Assembly (NCBI RefSeq): GCF_031769215.1
Contig: NW_026782081.1
Span: 434,001-498,000 of the forward strand
Reading direction: 5' to 3'
Length of the DNA stretch: 64,000 nt
Origin: Ylistrum balloti
Lineage: Eukaryota
The notes under the pieces are model-generated. The model saw only the letters and a program-made list of their open reading frames with translations, was not told the DNA's origin and did not search any database. A program made the translations under genes and the position numbers. Positions 26,194 through 38,100 of this stretch are shown piece after piece; positions within the stretch are counted from its first letter, which is position 1; each line of letters opens with the position of its first letter.

Positions 26194-29100
26194 ATGGCAG
26201 ACAGTGCGAAACGAGAGAAAATAGCCGCAGCTCGAAAAAAGGTTTGATTGTATTGACCGTCAAAATCGGTGACTTTTAAGTGCCTATATAACTACTTTAA
26301 CTAGTAATATCACAAAGTAGCTGATTTGACTGTCAAAAGTATATAGTATTAGAGCATTCCTAAAATATGGACAATGTTGACACTGACTGACAGATGAGAA
26401 AAACCGGTGCATTGGCCGATTAGTAAGGCTGAAATGGCAAATAGAGTGTTTTCCACCAGCAGAAAAAATGTACACTCAACCGTCATATACATTGTTTTTT
26501 TCAAGCGATCCTTGTTTCGGATGGTGAAATTGTTACAACTGTAGTTAAATTCCCATATCCCATTGACCAAGTTGTTAAGACGATGAAGAATTTATTTGAC
26601 GAAATAATATATTTTTATAGACATAGACGAAGGTGACGGTACCAGAATGGGATCACAGAAACTTTTTTTATACGTTTCTTGCAACTGACCTTGCACCAAG
26701 CATACTCTTTTATAAATAAATATGCCGAGATAAACTTCATTCCTCACTGTTTACGAAAAAAATCAGCATTAAAGGAATATGTCTGTGTCACATCTTGCCT
26801 AATTCATGTGATAATTCAACACATAGATATATACTTGCATTAATGTTACATGAAATTTGAAATGACATATAAGAATACTTATTTAAGTAGCTTAAGTAGC
26901 CCCATGTTAGAAACAATAAATTTCAGCTCTGTTGATATGTAGCATTATCTTAAAATATCACTATATTTGTATCATTGCAGGAAGTTACCATAATAAACAT
27001 TAGGATCTTTTACAACTGCTAATCATGCATATGAAACAGTGGAGCTTTTGATATACAGAAGCTATCAAAGATGCAGTAATTAAGTTGATTGTGTTAAAGT
27101 AGTTGCTTTTGCTAGAAATTGAAAATGTTTCAATAGAGGACTTGAAATCAGAATGCTTGTCTGAAACAGAAAAAAAACTAATACACTACAAAAATTTAGC
27201 ATAAATACTTATTACAATAGCAAATTGATAAAACAAAATAACCAGAGAGTATTTGATTGAATAAAATGAAAAAGGCAAGGCAAAAGTGAACAAAGATTTA
27301 AGCACAACATAATAACAATATTCCTAAGATGTTACATTGAGATTTTTTGCGGTAGAAGTAATCCAAGATCCTGACGATTTATATCTTCCATGGTAATTAG
27401 GTGTAAAATTGATCGGAATTGTTTTTCCTTGTGTGCTTCTTTGGATCCTAATGGCCAACGTAAACCTACATATATCTATTTATATTATATATATATGCTT
27501 TGCTTATGAGATATTTGATCAACTAGAATACTGAATTCTGAATATGTATTACCCATTATTTCCAGAGTTTAAATACATTACCATACCAAGGCCTTACGTA
27601 GCTATTATTATGTAGATGTATCAGATGGTTATGTTATACACTATTAGTGGAAAGAAATATATTGTTTATTCTGTGTCAAATCGGTTTTATTTTCTTAAAT
27701 TTTTGTCTGTTTTATTTCTAGTTAAAACAGTTCAAGCAAAAAACAGGAAGAAACTCCCCTGCTAACTCCAAGAGTTCAACCAAGCAGTCCACAGATAAGA
27801 AATCAAAATATCTTATTGAAACCGACTCAGCACAGGAAAATAGTGAACCTATCAGCATTGTTAACAATAACACCGACCAGGTGAGTTCTCTATTTTAGTC
27901 AGGTTGAACAAGTTCAAATTAGTGTTAAGAAGCAAATGTCACTGCATAGTCGATAATCAGATAACTTGTTAAAGTACATGTAGTTTGATAAATCATCAAT
28001 AGGTAATCTCTCATGCACAGCCAGCTAATTCTCAAACGGTATACAATTACAGTTTTGAAGGAAAATGGTTGGCATGCCCACCTGAAAATTATCAGCTTAT
28101 ACATTTTTGACTGAATTACTTCATGAAATGCCATTTTGTTAATTTCATTTGGATTGTAGACAGAAACTCATAGAAAAAATATGTAATTAGTTTCACATAA
28201 ATGATTTTAAAATGCTGTAAACTGTCATATGGAATCTGTTGTGTTTAAGATCAATAACCAGGTAATAATGTGGACTACAGCTGATTAAATCATTGGGACA
28301 ACACTGGTTCAAATAAACTTGAATTAGTCTCTTGCTGGGGCAATGCATGCATGATCATTTTAAACTCCTGTATTTGTTGTTTGCCTGGCTATATCTTCTA
28401 ACAACTTCTTACCATTAACTGAAAGAGTATTACATTAAAATTGAAGCCTTTATACTATACTATCTATCGAAGTCAATGTTCATGCTTTCACATTTGCAAT
28501 TCACCCAGAGTCAGCATCTTAATGCTATGCTGACAGTGTCAATTTACAAAATCATTACAGTATTACTTGTTCAAATGAATGACCTTGTAGACCCTTCATT
28601 CAAGGTATTCCTAGTCAAATGGGTTGAAAACATATATCAAATCTTATTCTGAATAACCAGAAAACCTTAGCTATTGAAATTTCACCAATATCATGCTGAT
28701 CTGATGGCTTCCAGGTTTGTTCAACTACACAACCTTGTTAAACTTTCATCATTATGAGGTAGACTGTTATGAATTCTTAATAGGTTGTTGAAATGTGTCC
28801 AGTCACCTTTTAATGTTACACAACTTAATGCCATTTAACAAACAGGTGAGCAATGCAGACCCTCCTTTTTTTTCTTTTTTTTTTTTGGTTAAAAAAATTC
28901 AGGCAGCAGTGAATTTTAGTGAAAAAATTCCACACCATTTGCAAGGTATACTATAGACTGAGTTGTTTTTGCAGGGTTTTGAGGATTCCAGTGAACAGCT
29001 GACTGCTGATACACCAGAGACTGCTGATCAAAGGTAGGCTAATGTATCTACTATCCTGCATCACTAATTGTGTATATAGCAACTACAATATCAGAAAAGA

Positions 29101-32100
29101 ATCATGATCTCTTCTGATATTTATCACTGTTTGTTAGTACAGAGTACAGTGTATGAAATTATTCTATATTTTGTTTTACTTTAGTTAGTCTGTCTTAATA
29201 TGTGACTTCACTATGTTCTCTTTAATTCATACGTGTAGCTGTTGCTCTTATTGGTTATTACATCTTCATTTTTTTTCTCAGTAAAATGAAAGATGAATAG
29301 AATAATAGAATAGAAATAGGAAATAATCAAATTTGACAAAAGATTACTTTACAAAACATATTATTCTATAAGCCACCAATTCATCAAATCAAGTTTTATC
29401 AAACATTCTTGACAAATTTTTGGTACAGATAATGATAAAAAGAACTGATGATAAGAGATGAGGTGGAATTAAATGATGGATGAGGAAACTGGTTGTGAAA
29501 AATATAAATATGTGTTTGCTGGTATTTGTTGATATAGGAAATTAAGAAAGTTAGGGAATAATCAGCCAACAGAACACAGTGGTTTACTCTCACCGCTATT
29601 TGGTGTGGAAAGGTATAATACTAACAATGATTTATGCTCTGTTCTATTTATTCAAATTTCAAGCACCTTTTGTATTAATTTACTGTCTTGAAAAATTTGC
29701 ATGTACTCTCAGAATTCTTTTACTGATAAGGGAAATATTTTGCCATGTTTAGACCATTGTAGATAAAATAGAAAGTTCTACTGTAAAGAAATTTAATATC
29801 TCTGTAGATCAAGTATGCCCTTTAAGTGTTTCTGTCCTTTTAATGAAGGGAGACATTTGTATTTATTTATTAGTTCCATAAACTGACTTTTCCTTGTCTA
29901 CTAGAATTAACATTTTGTTGCCAAGTTTTATTAACATTTTTGTTGTAAAGATGTGTGACTGTAATTACTTATGATAAATTTGAAGAACTTTTAAGGATAA
30001 ATCTGAAAACTGTCTGATCCACACAAGTAAATTCTGTACTATCAAAGATATTAAGGTGGGATATCTTCATTTCACACTGGTTTCTCTACTAATAATTTGA
30101 TGTGAGACAGTCAATCTGGATCTGTTTATCTTCCTTATTTCCTGATTTGAAGCCAGCCTATCATAACCATCATTTTAATTACCTGCTTGTTAGTTCCAAT
30201 TTACAAGATTGAAATAGGAAGCATGCTAGATGGCTTGTTCCTTGATACCTGAAAGAATTCTATTAGAATGCATTAAGTATAACAGCATAAACAGCATACA
30301 GTATATTGTTCATAAAATGTGACTTTAATCATGACCCTTAGCTGCTAAACAATGAGAAATTCATATTTATGTGTCTTTTCCTATGGCTAATAGAAAAATC
30401 TAATTAATTTCATATAGCTCTGTTTTACAGCAAATTTGATTTTTGATATACAAAAAAAAGTATTGCATTCAATTGTATATGTAGAAGGATGTACATGTAT
30501 CATCAGATCTGGTAATGGAGTTGGACTTACTTTTTTTTTGTGATGTTGAAGTCAAAACTTGTATTAACAATTGAGAGTGAAATCCTGAACAATAAACCAG
30601 TACATGCAATTATATTGTGAAATGTAATCTAAAGTGATTGTTACTCGACTTCATCATAACTTTTTGTTGATAATGCTTTACATTTCTTCTATACTAAATA
30701 ATTTGTGATGAGTTTTGTCTGAAACATACCTTATGGTAAATGCCCTGGGTAATAATATTTGTTTCTGTATCTATCATGGCTGTGTTTGCATCATGGTTAC
30801 ATAGTGTCTATTTTGCTTTATGCAGGACATCAGCATCAAGGGAAAGTTTACAACAGCTGTCAAGGCAACTTAACGGCCTTCTAACAGAGGTCAGTACAAA
30901 GTGTCGTAGAGAAGACAGTTTTAGGATTCTGTTCATAATTACAACATGTTTTGATGTTAATACTTGTTGTCATAGTGTGAAACAGCATTCTGTAAATTTA
31001 AATTGGTTTGTAATTAATACCTGTACGGACATATTTTCTTGAGAATAGCTTTTTAATGAAAATGGTTACCTTTTCCCGGCATTAGATGACAGTTTTAGAT
31101 TGTGTTATCTCTTTTTATTTTGATATTGCACTTTTGCTTTTTCTTCAGTCTAATTCTTTGATGGACACAACAGATACAGCAGACGATAATGCTAATATAA
31201 TAGAATTAGAGGTAAGTCAAATGACTACTACTATTTCATGGGGTAGTGAAATCAGAGATATGTACAAGCCTAAGCTGATGTAGGTAGTAGAACTAGAGGA
31301 AATGACCAGCCTACTTTTATTAAGGCTAGTAGAATCTTAAGTATGAATAGAGACATTCTGTAAGTACTTTCACTTTCTGACTGAAAAAACTGGTTGTTTA
31401 TATAACATATGGAATGATTCATGATAACAGTATTGAGACTTGAGTTTTGGACTTGGGACAGTAGCTCCTTAATTAAGATGTACATTAAGTACATATGCAT
31501 CATGGAAGGTTCCCTTTCAGTTTGTCTTTTAAACATAGCATACTTTAAGCAAGAATAGGTTATTGTGAAATTTGTTCAGTGGGTGGCTTCTTGGTTTGAA
31601 AATAATGCAAATTATTAGTGATATACTAGTAGTCTATACACAGTGAAAGAGAATCTTTAACTCTTCAATCACAACAGACATTTTCTTTTATATTTAATAC
31701 TGAACAACAGAAACCCTGGCTATAAAGCATGTTAAAGTTGGTCTCATACTGAAATAAAATTTTCTGAATTTCATTTCAGAGAAGAAACAGAGAGTTAGCA
31801 TCCTTGCTGGAGAAACACTCTGAGGCAAATGAACAATTGAATATCCAAGTACAGCAGACAGTAAGTACAATACAAGACTTACATTCATCTGCATGAATGC
31901 TACTTTCTGCATGTGATGATTGTAAGATTTATTTTCTGCAAGATAATATTTCATGTTATCCTCTTATTTTATATTTTGATAGTCTCTGTTTTTCAATTTA
32001 TGCAAATTTATATGGTTATATTTTGTGTTGATCACTAACTTTGTGGTTGTGTTTCAGAGGGAGCATGCAAAATCTCTACAGGATCAAATTGAACGAGATC

Positions 32101-35100
32101 GGGGTGCATATGAAGATAAACAGCGCCAAGAAATAGGACCACTCAAAGAACAATTACAAGTAGGATTGGAAGAGAATTTCAGTCATTGCATAGACTTTGT
32201 TAAATTTGTTTCATTCATCTATTTAAAATCTGGTTGACTCTTGCTTTAAAAAACATGAATTGATTATACTACCAAGATAAAATTATTGAGTTATATAACA
32301 CAATGTATGATATGAATTTAAAGATACAGAAACGTTGAATGTAGTTTATTACTAAAAATATTTCTATTACTTATCAATAACTTTGTGAAAGGGTTCTTTT
32401 TATTTTGATGTTATTGTTTTTGTTTTTAGGTACACATACAAACCATTGGTATTTTAGTGGCTGAGAAAACAGAACTTCTGTCTCAGCTAAATCAATCTCA
32501 GAAGATAGCAGAACAGAGGTTTAGTATGTATAGTTTTCTTATTTCATGTAATGACAGTAAAATGGCTAAAAGAAAATAAACTAGATGGAATTTTTTAGGT
32601 ATTTATATGGATACAGTGTGCAAATTACAATGTAATTAAAGAAGAATTTTTCAAATACTGATACCCAACAATGAGAGGGTATAGTGGAATCAGTGTGCCC
32701 GTCGGCCATTCTGTCTGTGGAATAATTTGGTATAATTAGGTGATTGTAGATATTTGATAGGAATAGTCCTGATTAAGTCCAATGTTTGGGCATTATAAAT
32801 TGACCACAATTTATAATAGAAGAGGAAAATCGGCTCCTAATTTGTCACTATTGATTCTTTCTCATACAAACATGATTTATATATTTCAGATGAAATCGAG
32901 GAATACAGTGGTAGATTAAAAGCTTCACGACAACGAGTGGCAGACCTAGAGAGAAATTTATCTATGTCAAATAATTCTAGTCAAAAATTTGAACAGGTAT
33001 TGTATTTGATGGTAATAGACTGATTCTGAGAAATATATTACTAGTATTATAATCTTGTCCAACAGTTATATTGCAACCTTTTGTACCACCATACTTGGTA
33101 TACCACCATCAATTTCATTAGAACAGATTTACCTTAGGATTTGTTCTGTGATTGGAAACTATTAGATTGCTTCAGATAATTAAATTAAAGAAGTTAAAAA
33201 AGCTAATGAAACTGTGATATACTCAATACCTTATTTGCCGTATATGTGAGTTCTACAGGAACATTTTTTCAGTTGTAAAAATTGATTATAAAGAAATAAA
33301 TGTGAAATTGATTGTTTTTGTTTTTTTCAGAATAGCAAAGATTTTTCAAAAGACATTGACCGCTTAAAACTAGAATTGTACAAGTCAAAGTAAGTCAACA
33401 TTAATTTTCTTTCAAAGAACAATTACGTTCAGTTTTTTGTTTGAAATGTGAATTAACCTGGATACAAAAAACTGAGTATTAGTTCAAATGACCAAAAGCA
33501 AACTATTTCATTCTCAAGTCAATATATTGCTGAAATGAGATACATAACTTTTTTTCCCTTTAATCTGTGTACGTTAATGTTATTATTTTTGTTTTTATTT
33601 TCAGTAAAGCACAAGAAGATCTTAAGCAACAATGTTCTGAATTAGCAGAAAAATTACAAGCTAAGGTTGGTCAATGTTATTAACTGATAAGAGACATGAT
33701 AAGCCTGTGATATGTTGTTCATGAATAATACTCTTTACAGATTACATTATAGATACAGATATTTTAGTAAGAAAATGAATATCTAATTTATAACAAAACA
33801 AGAAAAGGATGTCAGCAAGAAATCTTATTGATATCATAATTAATAGTTTTCCATTCTTGAGTTAGTTAAGCCATGAAATCAATTTTGTGCGTTTTGTGAT
33901 AGACAGCTAAAAAATGCTTCATTATCCATGGTAAAATACATAATCTCTTTCTTCATAGACATCCGAATCAATGGAATTGGAACGAAATGCAGAAGATCTG
34001 ACAAAGCGTCTTGAAATGGCAGAATTATATACACAGCAGTTATCAAGTCAAGGAAACAGTAGCCAGGAGTCTCTCGAGATTGTTGGTCAGCTGCATCGAG
34101 ACAAGGAACTTCTGACCGCTCAAGTTCAGGAGGTGGATGTTGTTCACTGCAAACTGGATTATACTGTTACCTGTATATTACCATAAAAGACTAGTTCTAT
34201 ACATTATTAATAATCATTAAAAATGACCAGGGTTTTAGATTTGTCAGCCACTTCTCTTGTTTTACAGCATGATACTAATTTTAAAAACTCCAGTGTAGCA
34301 CACAAGCAGTATGTTTTGAAGTTATCTCAAATGAGGTAGTGGTGGTTAAAATTCGTTGATAAAACTAAGAGTTGCAGAATCAATTGGCTTGCTTTTTGTG
34401 TCCACAAAACTAGAGCTATATCAGGATAATTTGTGAACTTTTAAAAATTGTAAACTATTGAGTCACAGCTTTAGCCAAGAGCTTTCATCTGAATTGGAAA
34501 CTTGTTTTTGACCTCAAAAAACATTTTTTTTTTATCAAAAACTTAACTAATTTGAAAATCATTCCAACAGTACTCTGAAGCATTCCAGAAGGCTTGTGGT
34601 GAGCGAGACCAGGTGGCAGATCAGTACAAGTCCTATATAGATCAGCTACAACAACACAGTCAACAACTCACTGAACAGGTAGGAACAAATTACCATTTTC
34701 CTTTGAATATATATATATACTTCTACGTAAGTTTGGGCATAAAACAACGTTTTGGTGACAGTTAAAATTCACAAATGGAAGAATAATCCAAATGAATTTT
34801 TGGTATGCTCTTTATAAGGCATTGACCCCTACCAAATTAACATATAAACTGATCGTGAAATGATGTTGATGTACCCTGTACAATGGCCAGTTGTATTGAG
34901 CATTCTACTGGTATACTACAAGGTCATGGTTTTTATGTACAGGTGACAAGTTTGACAGAAGAACGGGAAGTAATGGTAACACAGCAGCATCAAAAAGAGA
35001 CCAGCATTCTACAACTACAGCAACAATTAGGTACTTATAGAAGTGTGTTAGGAACTTAACACTGTTGTATTAGGTTCCTAGTTCAAGTTGAGTGCTATTG

Positions 35101-38100
35101 GGTCTTTTATCATCAAAGAAATTTATTGAAAAGTTGTGAATTATTGATATATACAGTGGAACTTCTCCAAACTGACCATGCATAGGACATGAATATTTGG
35201 CATTTTTAAGGAGGGTTTGGCTTGTAGAAGTGAAGCAAATTGACTTGTCTCGACATGGATATAATTGAACTGATTCCTTTCTGTACATTACATTACCCAT
35301 TCACTGTTAGCATTTACACTACACATGTTCAAATGAATACAGAGAAAATAAAAGTTTTCTAGAGTAAAAATACATTGCTAAAATGAAAAACAGTGATGCT
35401 TGTATTCTGCATGTGGCTTTGGTCTAAAAGAAAACCAGCAATTTTGGAAGTAATGTAACGTTACATATGGCCCGACATAGCCGTGGTCGGATGATGGGCT
35501 TGCCAGGAAGTGTTACCAACCAATATATTTGATGAATATGTGTTTTTGTTGACCAGTATAAAATATCTTTTAAAACAACATTTGATTAATATTTCCATCT
35601 TGTATGTGTTGAGGAAACACGATTTAAACCCTCATGATTTAGATGCAAAACTGCAGCGCTCTAACTCTGTATCAGTTCTTAATTTCATTTTATCTGTAGC
35701 TGTTTCTGGCTTCGGTGAAATGATGGACTCATTCGATATGGTTTCAATCTGTCATTGGAGATAACTGTACATTATATATTATTATTATCCTCCTGATCAG
35801 GATAGGTTTGGTGTACAAAGCCTACCTGTGAGATGCGTACTCGCCAGGGGCGCAAAGCTTACACTTGTCATCACAGGTGTTGTTTTCACTGTCCGCTTGT
35901 CACAACTCGGGTAAGGCAGGTTTTCAGAAGTGATTTTCAGAAGGTTTCAATCATTTCAGACAAAAAATTGGTTTGGTATTCGCAATAGAGAAGGATCGAT
36001 ATTGGGAAGGTTTTTATTAAATTTCTGTAATGAAGAGAATGTAATTCTGTACATTGCCTTTTTCGTTCTATTTCAAGTGGTATTCAGTTTTGAGAAGGAT
36101 CAAATTGGGGAAGTTGCACTGTATGTCCTATTAATAAAAGACCTCTTTGAAAACTAACTTTTACTCCCTACTTAATGAATCAAATGTAGCTTTTAACAGG
36201 ATTCTCTCTATCCCTCTAACCACCTGCCTAGGTATGGAAGGATTGTGCAGTCTATATAACAAATGCAAAATGAATAATACTTGTACAAGTGGTTCAACAA
36301 GTGTGCAGCAAAATGCATGTTTTTAAATGCTGAATTTGCTTTACATTTCGTACTCCAGTAAGTAAATGTAAAATTTGTCCATATCTGTGAGGACTATATG
36401 AATAACTCTTGTGATTTGTTAAAACTAGGGCTGCTCTACAGGCACTATTGCATATATTTTTGTCTTGTAGAGGATGTTAATGCTGAACAACACCACCAAC
36501 AACAGGCCAGTGAAGAGGTACTGGAGAAGGAAAAACAGATGGAGTCATTACAAAAACAGCATGAGAATCTACAGCAACAGCATGACTCATTGATCAGAGA
36601 TAACTCACAGCTCAGCCGGTAAATGTCTCTACCGTAGGGGTTAGACAGGCAGCTCAGCCAGTTTAACTGTCTGTACTGTAGGTGTTAGACTGATAACTCA
36701 GCCAGTAACTGTCTCTACCGTAGGGGTTAGACAGGCAGATCAGCCAGTAACTGTTTGTACTGTAGGTGTTAGACTGACAGCTCAGCCAGTAACTGTCTCT
36801 ACCGTAGGGGTTAGACAGGCAGCTCAGCCAGTAACTGTCTCTACCATAGGTGTTAGACTGACAGCTCAGCCAGTAATGGTCTATACTGTAGGGGTGAGAC
36901 AGGCAGATCAGCCAGAAACTGTCTGTACTGTAGGGTTTAGACAGACAACTCAGCCAGTAACTGTCTATACTGTAGATGTTAGACTGACAGCTCAGTCAGT
37001 AACTGTCTATACTGTAGATGTTAGACAGACAGCTCAGCCAATAACTATCTCCCCTGTAGGAGTTGTCTCTGCTTTAGAGGTTAGTGAAGCGGCGTAGGGG
37101 CTAGTCTGACAGCTCAAGTGGTGACTGTCTCTGCTTTAGAGGTTAGTGAAGCAGCATAGGGTCTAGTCTGACAGCTCAAGCTGTGACTGTCTTTGCTTTA
37201 GAGGTTAGTGAAGCAGCGTAGCTGAACTTGTTCCTGCTGTACAGATTAGAGAGACAGCTCAGGTGCACCTGCCCCTATTGTATAGGTTATTCAGGCCATT
37301 CCATTGTACCTGTCTCTACTGTGTGGGTTAGTCAGGCAGCTCAGCTGTCTACCGTAGTGTTTTGTCAGGCAAAGTAAGAAAAGTTACTGCTAGTAAAGAT
37401 AGAATAAAGATGTCCTTGTTTTTTGCAATTTTATTTTCTTAAAAGAAATGTCATTTTGTTTCAATCTCATCTCTTGAACGAAATGATGATTATATTCTTG
37501 TACTCTTGTTCCATATACATAGTGTTACCTGATCCAAGGCCACACCAAGACTGATTCTATCCTTATGAGATACAGTTAACAGGCCTGGCCACAGCCACAC
37601 AGGACACATGAAACACTGCACCAGACAGCTACTACATTGAGTAACCATTTTACTGCTGACCGCAGTGGGTTAAATTACACTAAATATATTTAAGAACCTG
37701 GGTGGTTAAATTCCCTTATTAGTGCAAGTATTCTGTCACCACTACATTTATCTTCCTAGTCATTGTTGCAATATTACCTATATATATCCACCTTCTCAAA
37801 CAAAACAAAACTAGACATAATTCCCATTGTCATCATTGTTCATACTTCATTTCTTATCTATTTTGTTTTAGAAAGCTTTGCATTCATTTTTTGTTTTTAG
37901 GTTTTTAGAAGAAAGAGAAGCACGAATATTAACTCTTGAGAATGAGATGTCAGATATGGGGATGGAGGCCAGTGATAAAGCCCAACTGTTGGAAAATATA
38001 CAGAGTAACAAGACAGCCCTCAGTCGTGCTCTCACACAAAACAAAGACCTCAAAAACCAGCTTGCTGAATTACAAAATGGATTTGTGAAGTTGGTCAGTG

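Noticed and set aside
28790-28850. Strong donor CAG|GTGAG in GOLGA2 intron 2 suggesting an extra exon
   Set aside because: Both candidate acceptors give in-frame stops, and the gene is complete without it.
33907-33930. Possible 24 nt micro-exon (LKNASLSM) in GOLGA2 intron 11
   Set aside because: The acceptor tract is weak and only 28 nt separate it from the next exon, too short for an intron.
35460-35930. CpG-richer patch in GOLGA2 intron 14, considered as a snoRNA
   Set aside because: No canonical C/D or H/ACA box arrangement or terminal stem; more likely a decayed repeat.
36876-37097. 73 aa ORF with repeated TVYTVDVRQ units
   Set aside because: It is a translation of the intronic 42 bp array.
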